Assembly (NCBI GenBank): GCA_963711565.1
Contig: CAVQEQ010000003.1
Location: 224,001-288,000, forward strand
Direction: 5' to 3'
DNA from: an uncultured delta proteobacterium
GTDB taxonomy: Bacteria > Desulfobacterota > Binatia > Binatales > Binataceae
DNA length: 64,000 nucleotides
Shown piece by piece: positions 47,460 to 56,937 of the stretch (positions within the stretch are counted from its first letter, which is position 1; each line of letters opens with the position of its first letter). The position numbers were made by a program, and so were the translations under genes. Below the pieces are notes generated by a model. It was not told where the DNA came from. It saw only the letters and a program-made list of their open reading frames with translations, and searched no databases.

Positions 47460-49448
47460 CTATCGTTCCCGGTCGCGCTTTCGCTGGAGTTCGCGCTCGC
47501 GTTCCTGCTGCTTTTGGCGCTCGGTGTTTTTCTCGCTTTCGCGCTCCTTCGCTTTGGCCGCTTCGTCCTGTTGTTTGATGAGTGCGTCTAACGGGTCTGC
47601 CGGGCGACCGCCTGGGTGGGGCGCGGTGGGTTCCGGCTGCGGCGCGGTGCGTTGGCGCTCGGGCTCCTTTTCCCTCTGCTCGGCTTGCAGGTCGCGGTAC
47701 TGCTGACGAAGTTTCTGGGCCTTTTGCTTGTATCCATCCTCGAAGCCGACCTTCTCGTCTTTTTCATTGAATTTGTCTTTGCCGTCGATCAGCTCGCGCA
47801 TACGGATGGATTCTTTGCTGACGAGGCGTCCGTTAACGAGTTCCCCGCTGAGTATCTCGCTCATTTTGGCGATGCGCTCGCCGGTGATCATCAGATAGTC
47901 GTAGCCTTCGATCAGCTTTCTGGTCTGAAGCATCTCGCGTTCTTTTGGATCGGTCGCCTTTGCAATGCTGCTGGCTAAGGTTTCCTGGTCAGCGCGGAAG
48001 GAGGCGTGTTCCGCCATCGCGGCTTTGGCGAGGCTCTCATAGGGATTGCTGAGAGTGTAGTTCTGGGCAAGGGCTTTGGCGTAGCGCGCTCCGGGGTCGC
48101 GGATATCTCCCTCAAGGTATTTTTTCTCGTCGCGATCGATGAAAGTTTGCCGATGGCGCTCGGTGGTTTCCTCCAATTGTCGAAGATGGGAGTCGATACG
48201 ATCGGGATCCGGTTTCCTTGTGTCGAATCGCTCCTGTTCTTTTTTCTGCGCGGCGATTCGTTCTTGTTCTTTGCGGAATTCCTCGGCGAGCTGGCGTTGT
48301 CTTTCGCGGAACTGGTCGCCCAGCTCCTGCAGGCGCTTGTCTTCGGCGATGGATGCCTGTTGCAGCCGGTCCTGCTCTTTGCGAGCCTGTTCTTGCCGGT
48401 CCTCTTCCAGTTTGCGCGCGTGTTCCTGGCGGTCTTCTTCCTGTTTGCGGGCCTGGTCCTGGCGCTGTTGCTCTTTGTCGTCTACCGCGACTCCGCCTTT
48501 GTTGACCGGCGATCCTGAATCCGGCATGGGAGCTGCCTCCGGTCCGGGAGCATAGGACTGCGGACGGCGTGTTTCCAGCTTGGGGCCTGGCGGCTCGGGC
48601 TCGGGACGGGTGCTTTGTTCAAAGCGTTGATATCCTTTCTCGACGGCGGCGACGATTCTCTGGATGCGCTCGACGGCGGCGATCCGGCGGTTGATGTTCG
48701 CCAGTTCGTCCTTGAGCTGTTCGCGATTGCTGTTGGCGGCTTTGCGCCGCCGGTTTTCGTCGCCGCGCTCTGTGGCGACTCCCTGATCCTCCAGGGCCTG
48801 CGCGTTCGGGCCGAGATGCGTGGTTGGCTCCCGGTCGATGCCCTGGTCTTCAAGGCTGCGATGGTCGACGCGCGTCTCAAAGCCGTACTTCTCGAGGGCG
48901 CGGTTCTGGTACTCGGCCCAACGCTCCCGCCAGTGTTCGATCAGGGCCTTCTGGTTCCAGTCCCGGTTCTTGGCGCCGAATCCGTCGCCCTCGATGATGT
49001 CGCGCATGGTCAGCAGCACATGGGCGTGGTGGTTAGTGCCATCGCCGCGTTCGGGCGGGGCGTGAATGGCAATATCGGCGATCATGCCCAAAGCGACGTA
49101 TTCGTTTTTGAAGTAGTCCCGCAGCAGCTCGACGTGCTGCTCGTGGGTCAATTCGTGAGGGAGGGAAAGTTCGAGGCTGCGGGCGAGCTGGGCCTGGTTG
49201 CGGCGGTTGCTTTGGTCCTCGCGGTGCTCGACCTCGTTCCAGAGGCGCTGACGATCGAGCATCCATTGCGAGGCATTCTCCGGAGTGAGTATCAGCGTAT
49301 TAAGGACGCCGCCGCGCCGCGAATAGTCCTTGATGTCGCCGGTGCGCTCGTCCAGTAATTTTTCGCCGGCGCGGTAGGCGGCGGCGGCGACAACGGACTG
49401 GCCGGCGGAACGGGAGATGATGGCGGCGGAGTAGCGGAATTGCGCCAT
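47460..49448 (-). CDS. MOBQ (MobA/MobL) relaxase
   Basis: SVVAAAAYRAG catalytic Tyr, LWN.VE, LPHEL, AIH...NHHAHVL, RVDHRSL, PTTHLG. Confidence 0.96.
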   Translation of the reverse strand: MAQFRYSAAIISRSAGQSVVAAAAYRAGEKLLDERTGDIKDYSRRGGVLNTLILTPENASQWMLDRQRLWNEVEHREDQSNRRNQAQLARSLELSLPHELTHEQHVELLRDYFKNEYVALGMIADIAIHAPPERGDGTNHHAHVLLTMRDIIEGDGFGAKNRDWNQKALIEHWRERWAEYQNRALEKYGFETRVDHRSLEDQGIDREPTTHLGPNAQALEDQGVATERGDENRRRKAANSNREQLKDELANINRRIAAVERIQRIVAAVEKGYQRFEQSTRPEPEPPGPKLETRRPQSYAPGPEAAPMPDSGSPVNKGGVAVDDKEQQRQDQARKQEEDRQEHARKLEEDRQEQARKEQDRLQQASIAEDKRLQELGDQFRERQRQLAEEFRKEQERIAAQKKEQERFDTRKPDPDRIDSHLRQLEETTERHRQTFIDRDEKKYLEGDIRDPGARYAKALAQNYTLSNPYESLAKAAMAEHASFRADQETLASSIAKATDPKEREMLQTRKLIEGYDYLMITGERIAKMSEILSGELVNGRLVSKESIRMRELIDGKDKFNEKDEKVGFEDGYKQKAQKLRQQYRDLQAEQREKEPERQRTAPQPEPTAPHPGGRPADPLDALIKQQDEAAKAKERESEKNTERQKQQERERELQRKRDRER

Positions 49449-49719
49449 GCGTCACCCGAGGACGGCCTGTGAGCGAGCGACGGAATGCCGGGCTCGGTCC
49501 GGCAGGGAGGCACTGGCCGTGGGTGTCGGGACACGGAAGTCCCGGCGCCGGGGTGTCGGGGAGCAAGGCTCCCTGACTGCCGGTCCAGCGCGGCACGGCG
49601 CTGGCGGGATCCAACCGGCGGACGGTTGGCCTGGAGTCTTGAGGGGGGACCCCTCAAGCCGAGGGTGCACGGGGCGCGGAAGCCCCTGCCGGAGTCCAGA
49701 GGCAGAGCCTCTGGCGCAC

Positions 49720-49749
49720 ACATTGCGAAGCAATGTATAAGTGCGCCCT
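49720..49749 (+). other. MOBQ oriT with nic site
   Basis: ACATTGC-GAA-GCAATGT hairpin followed by ATAAGTGCG^CCCT, matching the RSF1010/pSC101-type core. Confidence 0.92.
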
Positions 49750-49974
49750 TGCCTTCGGCTGCGGGACTCAGGCGGCATCCTGCCCCCCTTGTTTCCGGTG
49801 GTTTGGCCGGCGCCTCGGTCGGCTTGGCCAGTCTCCCAGATTATACGCCCGGAACCGTAAAAATTAAGAGAACTGAAAGATTACAAGCGTAAGATTGGTG
49901 GCTGCGCAATTGGTTTACGAAGTGTAAAGACCGGTCGCGCGGCAACCATATCACCAGCACAGAGGAGGCAACCC

Positions 49975-50340
49975 ATGCCAAGGACGCGCAAGACCTTCGA
50001 CGAGCGGATCGGACTTCTGAGCGGAAAAAGGAGCCAGATCGACACGCGGATCGAAACGCTGCGGAACAGACAAAATGGCCAGCGGCGAAAGCTGGACACC
50101 CGGCGCAAAATCATCGGAGGCGCCCTCGTGTTCTCCGAGGCAAGCGCCGATCCCGATTTCGCGAAGGATTTGTGCGCCCGGTTCGAGAGACGCCTCGCGC
50201 CCAAGGACAAGGGGCTTTTCGTCGAGTTGATGCAGGAGTGGCGTGGGCCGTCCGGAGGAGACGCGGCACCGCCAGCGGGTCCGGTTCGACCGGACACCAT
50301 TCGGAAGGACACCGGCCGCAACCTGTCGCACAACCGGTAA
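49975..50340 (+). CDS. MobS-like relaxosome accessory protein, paralog 1
   Basis: RRKLDTRRKIIGGAL...LAPKDKGLF; divergent from the relaxase. Confidence 0.8.
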   Translation: MPRTRKTFDERIGLLSGKRSQIDTRIETLRNRQNGQRRKLDTRRKIIGGALVFSEASADPDFAKDLCARFERRLAPKDKGLFVELMQEWRGPSGGDAAPPAGPVRPDTIRKDTGRNLSHNR

Positions 50341-50465
50341 GGGCTGTCCGCCCGGCCTGTGAAGAAGCGGCGACAGTTAGCGCATTGATTCCGGAGTTCC
50401 CTGGCGCGGGTTGGCCGGTGGAGTCCGGTTCGATCGATTCAAATATTGGGGGGAGGCCTTATCCC

Positions 50466-50723
50466 TTGGCTCGCGATGACAAGATGCTTCGGCAGGTGGT
50501 CCGCTGCCTCTCGGAGCGAAAGGGAGGTCCGACCGCCCTCAAGCGCAGAGTGCGCAGGCGGCGCGAATACCTCGCAGGCAAACTGATGGAAGCGCACGCG
50601 GCGGTCGATCGGGAGTTTCGCCGGCAGATGCAGACGACCTTGGAGATGCACCTGGCGCCCAAGGACAGGTGGGTTCTCAGGGATCTCATGCAGGAGTGGG
50701 GGTGGCCGTCCCGCAGACGCTGA
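50466..50723 (+). CDS. MobS-like paralog 2 (divergent)
   Basis: RRRREYLAGKLM...LAPKDRWVLRDLMQEW; start uncertain. Confidence 0.6.
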   Translation: MARDDKMLRQVVRCLSERKGGPTALKRRVRRRREYLAGKLMEAHAAVDREFRRQMQTTLEMHLAPKDRWVLRDLMQEWGWPSRRR

Positions 50724-50888
50724 GCCGGCCGCGTGCGGTTATTTCCCGGACCAAGGGGAGCGCACGGCGTGTTTGATCTAAGCCCGCGGGTTGACTAACT
50801 GTTGACCGAACCGGTGCGGGCGGATTGCACGATTGACCCCGAAGCCGGCGGGAGTGCGCTCGAAGACTATCCGGGAGGGCCGGAACCA

Positions 50889-51269
50889 ATGCCGAAAACG
50901 CGGAGGACACTGGACGAGCAGCTCGAGGCGCTGAAGCAGAAAAAGGAAGCGATCGAAAAACAGCTCAACGCAGTCGAAACGCGCAAGAAGGAAACCGACC
51001 GCAAGCTTGAGACGCGACGCAAGATCATCGTCGGGGGCGCCCTTCTTGCGCATGCGGAAATCGATCCGGATTTCCGCGCGGCGATGCAGGCGGCCTTGCA
51101 GAAGGCGGTTGCGCCCAAGGACCGGGCTCTCGTGGCCGATCTGATTCGCTCGGGGGTCGCCGATGCCTCGGCGGCGAAAGAGACCGCGCCTCCAGTCCCC
51201 GCGCGATCGACACGCCCCGCTCCCCAGCCTCCTGGAAGCACGCCACCCGCACCGGGACAAACCGGCTGA
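50889..51269 (+). CDS. MobS-like paralog 3
   Basis: DRKLETRRKIIVGGALLAHA...VAPKDRAL. Confidence 0.82.
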   Translation: MPKTRRTLDEQLEALKQKKEAIEKQLNAVETRKKETDRKLETRRKIIVGGALLAHAEIDPDFRAAMQAALQKAVAPKDRALVADLIRSGVADASAAKETAPPVPARSTRPAPQPPGSTPPAPGQTG

Positions 51270-51308
51270 TCTTGTATGTATTACTTTTATGTCTGATCGC
51301 TTTGATCT

Positions 51309-51764
51309 ATGTCCGAGCAAATAGTCGCGCGGCCGCAGCGGTTCGTCCCTCCACTTCCGGCGGGCATTCCGATTCTGCCGGGGCAGGTCGCCGCAAGGCG
51401 ATTGCCGAGAGGCCGTATCATACTTCTCGTGCTTGCGGGGTTGGTTGCGCTGATCTGGTTCAACAGCTGGCGTTCCGGTTCCAACGACGACCAGCGGATC
51501 AACGCGGTCGTGACCCAGGCGATGCTCGCGCGTGTATCGAAGCGAACCCGCCTTCCGGTCACGCTCCGGAGCGGGCCGCGTATGCTTCAGATCGAATACG
51601 CCATCGTCCAGTATCCGGCGACACCGATCGGCGGCATGCCTGGGGGCGCTCCGACAACCTGCGCCATGGTCACCGTGCTCGACCCGAAGACGGGAGCGAA
51701 AGACCCGGACTATCCTTACGGAAACATGACCTGCATTGAGGGACTGTCGTACCGGATTCACTGA
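51309..51764 (+). CDS. single-TM hypothetical protein
   Basis: IILLVLAGLVALIWF helix; directly upstream of virD4. Confidence 0.65.
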   Translation: MSEQIVARPQRFVPPLPAGIPILPGQVAARRLPRGRIILLVLAGLVALIWFNSWRSGSNDDQRINAVVTQAMLARVSKRTRLPVTLRSGPRMLQIEYAIVQYPATPIGGMPGGAPTTCAMVTVLDPKTGAKDPDYPYGNMTCIEGLSYRIH

Positions 51765-51798
51765 AAAAGTTTGCACGCTCGCGTCAGGAGGCGTGTTT

Positions 51799-53487
51799 AT
51801 GTCCAATCTTCTCGGGAGTGCTGACTGGAGCAAGGATCAGGGATACTGGCGCTACGTCCCGATCGGGGGCGCAGGTTCTGCCATGGAGGGGCGTTTTCTG
51901 CTGCTCGGAGAGTGCTGGAATGTCCACGGCAATCTGCATGTGCGCGCGCCCAGACAGCACGTGATCTCGATTGCGCCGACGCGTTCCGGAAAAGGCGTCT
52001 CGCTGATCATTCCCAACCTGCTCAACTACCGCGGATCCGTTCTCGTCGTCGATCCCAAAGGCGAGAACGCATGGGTGACAGCCGCGTGGCGGCGCCGCGC
52101 GTTCGGCCAGAAAACGGTAATCGTCGATCCATGGAACGAGGTCAATCGCCTGTATGGGTCGGTGGGAGGGAGGCAGGAATCAATTGCAAAGTTCAACCCG
52201 CTCTCGATTCTCGATCCCGGATCGGACGATTTTGTCGAGGACCTTGCCTATCTGGCGGATGCACTGATCATCACCGAGAGCGCGAGGGAACCTTATTTTG
52301 ACAATACCGCCCGCGAGTTGTGGGCTGGCCTCATGGCGTATGTCGTGGAGAGTCCGGCATTCCGTTCTCATGCCTCTCTTGCGCTCGCGCGCAAGCTGCT
52401 CATGAAATCGGATGAAGAATTCGCCCGCACGATACAGTCTGCGATGGACCTCGGTTCTGGCAGTGTGGCGGCCCTGAAGCTCGCACAATTCAGGAATGTG
52501 AAAGAGAGCAACTCGATCATGTCCGTGATCTCGTCCGCGAAGACGCAGACGGCATTCCTGGACAGCCCGGTCCTGAACCAGAGCATGGAAAGTTCGGATT
52601 TCAGCTTTGAGGAGTTATGCGAGGGGAACATCTCGATCTATCTGGTGCTGCCGCCGGACAAGCTGCAAACATACTCGCGGTGGCTGAGGCTCATGATCTC
52701 GATCGCGATCCGCGCGGTCGCGCGCCGCGGCTCGCAAAGCCCGTCGGGACTTCCTGCGCTCTTCGTGCTCGACGAATTCGGGACCATCGGGAAGCTGAAC
52801 GCGGTCGCGCAGGCCTACGGCCTCATGGCCGGGCTTGGCTTGATCATGTGGACCTTCTCGCAGGACCTCAATCAGCTGAAGCGCGACTATCCCGACCATT
52901 GGGAGACATTCATCGGCAATTCGGAAGCAATGACGTGCTTCGGCGTCATGGACAATTTCACGGCGGAATATATCAGCAAGATGCTGGGCACCTCGACGGT
53001 CCAGCAACAGAACGTCTCCTCGACACGCCCTTCATGGGATTCGTCTCTCGAGATTTCGAGCACCGTTTCGACACAGACGATGAGCCGGCCGCTCTTGCAT
53101 CCCGACGAGGTCCGCAACCTGAACGCGGACATTGGCCTGATCATGGGACGCTTTCCGCCGATTTACAGCCGGCGGATCGTGTATCACGAGGATTGGGATT
53201 TCTTGCACCGCGCGCAGGCAGATCCGCACTTTCCTCGTACCGAGAATGTCCGCTGGCGGGCGCTGCAGAGAAGACTCCTCGAGATGGGTTCGGTCGCGCG
53301 ACTGCTCAAGGAGTATGGGTCCGAGGTAAAAGCGCTGCGGCGCGGACAATGGGAAGTGACAAACGCTCACGGAATGCAGTCGCGCATCTTTGCCAACGCC
53401 GATGACCTATGGAGGTGGACTTACGTGATGATTATGGACGGCGTGGATGCGGCGGAAGCGCAGGCGGGTCTTTCGGGAAAGGGTTAG
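51799..53487 (+). CDS. VirD4/TraG-like type IV coupling protein
   Basis: IAPTRSGKGVSLIIPNLL, DPKGEN, FNPL, LDEF, QDLNQL...Y, RPLL.PDEV. Confidence 0.93.
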   Translation: MSNLLGSADWSKDQGYWRYVPIGGAGSAMEGRFLLLGECWNVHGNLHVRAPRQHVISIAPTRSGKGVSLIIPNLLNYRGSVLVVDPKGENAWVTAAWRRRAFGQKTVIVDPWNEVNRLYGSVGGRQESIAKFNPLSILDPGSDDFVEDLAYLADALIITESAREPYFDNTARELWAGLMAYVVESPAFRSHASLALARKLLMKSDEEFARTIQSAMDLGSGSVAALKLAQFRNVKESNSIMSVISSAKTQTAFLDSPVLNQSMESSDFSFEELCEGNISIYLVLPPDKLQTYSRWLRLMISIAIRAVARRGSQSPSGLPALFVLDEFGTIGKLNAVAQAYGLMAGLGLIMWTFSQDLNQLKRDYPDHWETFIGNSEAMTCFGVMDNFTAEYISKMLGTSTVQQQNVSSTRPSWDSSLEISSTVSTQTMSRPLLHPDEVRNLNADIGLIMGRFPPIYSRRIVYHEDWDFLHRAQADPHFPRTENVRWRALQRRLLEMGSVARLLKEYGSEVKALRRGQWEVTNAHGMQSRIFANADDLWRWTYVMIMDGVDAAEAQAGLSGKG

Positions 53488-53642
53488 GGTCCCGACCCGG
53501 CAGGCTGGAGGGATGTGGTCCCGGCGCCCCCTTCTTGTCGACAAGCCCCTTTCTTGTGCGCCCGGCTTCGGGCGCACGCGCGCGCCGCGTTGCAGCGCGC
53601 GGATCTTGCCACGCCCATGGCGTGGCTCGATTCCCTCTTCTT

Positions 53643-54194
53643 TCAGGCCGCTATGGCTCCGAGGGTTCTTCCCAGACTGATCAGAGTGGCGTCACAAGAG
53701 TTTTGCGGGTCCAGGATGATGATTTTGGGTGGTGCATTAGTAGAAATCTTTTCTTGGTGTAGAGTTCCAGCGGGATTTTCCGACTTATAATTTTCGGACG
53801 ATGTTGCGCATGGCAAAGGATCGCGGAATTTGTAGGCGTTGCTGACGCGAATGACCTGCCATCGGCCGATGTAGATTTTGTCGAAGCGGTTGACCCAATC
53901 GAGGATTCCGCTGGCCATCAAGGCCTTGATGGCTTCATAGACGGTATCGCGGCAACATTCCGCCTTCTCGGCGATAGTCTCGTAGCTCGGATAGCAGCGA
54001 CCGGTGCGGCTGTTGTGGAACTCCCACAGCATGGCTTTCAGCACACGGAGAAAGGCCCAGGTGATGGGGCCTTGATGCTGACCTTCCCGCCGGTGCCTGG
54101 CGTTGTAGCCTTTGGCGTAGGCGAAGATGCGGGCTTTGGCATTTCTATCGAGCGGGATGCCCGGCGTTTCGCGGAATACTTTTTCTCTCGGCAT
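53643..54194 (-). CDS. HTH-domain putative replication initiator
   Basis: FHNSRTGRCYPSYETIAEKAECCRDTVYEAIKAL...GILDWVNR...SNAY. Confidence 0.75.
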   Translation of the reverse strand: MPREKVFRETPGIPLDRNAKARIFAYAKGYNARHRREGQHQGPITWAFLRVLKAMLWEFHNSRTGRCYPSYETIAEKAECCRDTVYEAIKALMASGILDWVNRFDKIYIGRWQVIRVSNAYKFRDPLPCATSSENYKSENPAGTLHQEKISTNAPPKIIILDPQNSCDATLISLGRTLGAIAA

Positions 54195-54285
54195 GCGATG
54201 CCCCTTTCGGTTGCGTAATAGCAACCTGCGCGGAATAAAGGGGCCATAAAATCGGCGCGAGTTCGCCCCGTCGCGAAAATAGCGA

Positions 54286-54390
54286 TTGACGGGACGGCGA
54301 TTCTGGGGGATTCTCGTGATTACCAGACCACGAAATTCTCCGGCCTCGGCCGATATGCAGCCCGCCCTTCCCGGCGGGTTTGCTATTTCT
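54286..54390 (+). ncRNA. putative counter-transcribed RNA (with its promoter) in the rep leader
   Basis: TTGACG-N17-GATTCT, then hairpins ending CCCGCC-CTTCCC-GGCGGG-TTT. Confidence 0.5.
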
Positions 54391-54481
54391 GGGTCTTGCA
54401 TTCTCCAGATAGTGCGCGAAGCAGGATTGCCAGGCGCAAACACGAATCCTTACCGGATTCGTTTATATAGTCGAGGGAGAA

Positions 54482-54515
54482 AATGCCGGAGCTTCGGGGT
54501 TGAAGCCCCGGCATT
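54482..54515 (-). terminator. terminator after the acidic peptide gene
   Basis: AATGCCGGGGCTTC...GAAGCTCCGGCATT hairpin with a short T run. Confidence 0.6.
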
Positions 54516-54522
54516 CGGTCTC

Positions 54523-54642
54523 CTAGTAAAGGCCGCGGTCTAGCATCTCCTTGAGCGCGGAGAGGATCTCTTCCTGGTCCGCGATTTCGTCGAGCTCGAA
54601 GGATTCGAGCGGTTCAAGGTCGGTTAGGTGTAATTGGTCCAT
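54523..54642 (-). CDS. 39-aa acidic peptide (paralog of 20598-20726)
   Basis: GGAG RBS; LTDLEPLESFEL...ALKEMLDR. Confidence 0.65.
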   Translation of the reverse strand: MDQLHLTDLEPLESFELDEIADQEEILSALKEMLDRGLY

Positions 54643-54698
54643 GTTTTTCTCCATCTGAAAAAATGCGGCCCCGGCGCAATGCCGAGGCCGCTGGTTGA

Positions 54699-55025
54699 TT
54701 ATTCCGCGTCTTTCCGGTCCTTGCGGCGTTGACGTTCCCATTCCAGCGTGTATCCGGCCTTCACGTTCTTGCGCAGATAGCTGAAGATGGGACCGGCGAG
54801 CACGGGGGAGTCGAGCACGACCAGGGTGTATTCACCGCGCTTGTTCTCCCGGTCAAACGCTGCGCCGATTTCCATGTCATCGAGGATGACAAGATAATTC
54901 GGGGCCTTGGCGTTGTCAGAATCGACGGGCTGAAGGTGGATTTTCTTCGGCTCGATGCCGATGCCGGAGAGCGTACCCAGAAAGCCGCCGTCCTGTTGCT
55001 TGGTCAGTTTTGCGATCGTAGTCAT
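54699..55025 (-). CDS. DUF736 family protein
   Basis: MTTIAKLTK..DGGFLG...KAPNY...EIGAAF...LDSP...LEWER. Confidence 0.8.
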   Translation of the reverse strand: MTTIAKLTKQQDGGFLGTLSGIGIEPKKIHLQPVDSDNAKAPNYLVILDDMEIGAAFDRENKRGEYTLVVLDSPVLAGPIFSYLRKNVKAGYTLEWERQRRKDRKDAE

Positions 55026-55511
55026 GATGGTTTTCCTTTCGTTTCTTGAGTCCGCCCAATGCGGCCTCGACAGCAAACGGCCAACCCCTTGCCCTCTGCT
55101 GGTCAACACCCGGAGCAAAGCGGAGGGCTTGGGAATTTTGCAGCGAAGCGGCGGGCGAGGAGACCCCAGCGAAGCGGGTCGGGGAAAATTTTTGTTGACT
55201 TCCTTCAAGTCAACAAAACCCGTGGGGCGCCACAGGCGATTTTGTAGCGTAGCGATCGCGAGGAATCGCGCGTGCGCGAGGGGAAAATTCCTGTTTACCG
55301 GCAGAGAGCACGGGGTTAGTTTGCGTGCGTCGAGGATGCAATTGGGGGTAGGACTCAAAGACCGAAAGGGAAATAGTCAGGACGGCCACGATTGCAAGGC
55401 TGACGAACAAAAAGGATGGCGGCATGTGGGTGCGCGACTCTGGTACGAGCATTCAGACGGGAAAAATCTGGCTTCGGTTCGGTGGGGATGATGATGGCGA
55501 GGCCCGACCTG

Positions 55512-56180
55512 TTACGCGGCTTCCTCGGGGACAGGGATATCGTCCGTAGCTTTTTTGAGCCGGAGACAAGCGGTTCGGTGGTGCACCCGGTCGAGTTCGA
55601 TGCCAACGTATCGCCGCCCCGCATTCTGCGCTGCGATGAGCGTGGAGCCGGAACCGCAGAATGGATCCAGAACGACGCCGCCGGCAGGACAGAAAGCGTG
55701 GATAAGCGGTTCCAGGGCCTCGATCGGCTTTTGCGTGGGGTGCAGCAGATTTCCGGAATAGGGAAAATCAATGACATCTGAAATCGGCTCTGAGGTGCGA
55801 GGCATCGGACCTTTGCAGAGCAGATAGGCCTGCTCATGCTGGTACAGGAGCAAGCGCCGCGCGGAAGCGTAAGGCTTTCGGAAAACGATATGGCCGACGG
55901 GCCAAAGCCCGGCCGCCCGCCAGGCGGTCATGAAGACGTCGGCCATATGCCATCCGTAGAAGCTGACGCATAGCGTCGATGCTTTCATGACGCGATGGAC
56001 CTGGCTGAAGGCTGGCGCGAGCCATGCGTCATCGTCGTCGTTTGCGATCGAACGGCCGGAGCGGTCACGGTAGTTGACCAAATATGGCGGGTCCGTCAGG
56101 ACGAAATCGACACTCTCGGCCGCCAGTCCGCTCATGAGCGAGACGCAGTCGCCGTGCAGAATGGTGTTGGTGCGGTTCAT
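55512..56180 (-). CDS. orphan N6/N4 DNA methyltransferase (beta class)
   Basis: TDPPY, HPTQKP, LDPFCGSGST. Confidence 0.94.
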   Translation of the reverse strand: MNRTNTILHGDCVSLMSGLAAESVDFVLTDPPYLVNYRDRSGRSIANDDDDAWLAPAFSQVHRVMKASTLCVSFYGWHMADVFMTAWRAAGLWPVGHIVFRKPYASARRLLLYQHEQAYLLCKGPMPRTSEPISDVIDFPYSGNLLHPTQKPIEALEPLIHAFCPAGGVVLDPFCGSGSTLIAAQNAGRRYVGIELDRVHHRTACLRLKKATDDIPVPEEAA

Positions 56181-56362
56181 CCTGCACCGCCTTTCTTGGT
56201 GCGACGACGGAGCTTGGCTACTATGCGTAAGATGGATTGGATTTCGTCTTCGAGCTGGCTTAGGGCCTGAGCGAAGTCGTCTTTGTGGTCGCGAGAATCG
56301 ACAAGCTCCAGTGCGCAAAGAGCCAGCGATTCGAGGAGTTCGAGCATTTTTAGTTTTTTCAT
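56177..56362 (-). CDS. small hypothetical protein
   Basis: ATGA-coupled on both sides within the leading-region operon. Confidence 0.6.
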   Translation of the reverse strand: MKKLKMLELLESLALCALELVDSRDHKDDFAQALSQLEDEIQSILRIVAKLRRRTKKGGAG

Positions 56363-56937
56363 ACTGCACCCCCTTTCGCCTGGGCGATGGCGGCGTGGGT
56401 CGCATCAAAAATATCGGCTGGCATTTCATCGTCATCGGTGTGCGCGGTGCTTTGCCACCAGTGCATAACGGACTCAAGCGCCTCAAGCAGTTTTGGTGCG
56501 GTAAGTTGCAGCCGATATTCATCGGTTTGCCAGACGAGATGCTGTTGGCCGTGTTCGTCAGTGATAACGATTTCGCGGACGCAGTAGCCTTCGGCGATGG
56601 GCTCTAGGTCTTCTGCCGAGAAGCTCGGACCCTCGTTGTATTTATGTGCTGCGCGCAGGGCCTTTGTAGGTGACGTTGTATGGAAGATTTCAGTTACCCA
56701 GCCCGCAGGGGTGTTGAAGGTGGCCATGTATGGAGTGGTGCGGAAGCTGGAGACAGGGCCTCTGTAGTTGCAGCTTGAGCAGATGGCGTGACTTTCATCG
56801 CCCCATTCATGGTCGCCATTGTGAGCAAGGTCTGGGTCTGTGCCGTCGTGAGTCAGGCGAACCCAGATCGCGGCGAGAATGTCGATCGAGTCATCCCGAC
56901 AGCATTTCGGGCAGCGAAGGTCGAATTGGTTGCTCAT
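56359..56937 (-). CDS. hypothetical zinc-ribbon protein
   Basis: CPKC...CSSC; C-terminal TAPKLLEALE...AAIAQAKG motif typical of mobile-element proteins. Confidence 0.7.
   Translation of the reverse strand: MSNQFDLRCPKCCRDDSIDILAAIWVRLTHDGTDPDLAHNGDHEWGDESHAICSSCNYRGPVSSFRTTPYMATFNTPAGWVTEIFHTTSPTKALRAAHKYNEGPSFSAEDLEPIAEGYCVREIVITDEHGQQHLVWQTDEYRLQLTAPKLLEALESVMHWWQSTAHTDDDEMPADIFDATHAAIAQAKGGAV

Noticed and set aside
48360-48470. 33-bp-period imperfect repeats
   Set aside because: Coiled-coil coding repeats (ARKQEEDRQE) in the relaxase C-terminus.
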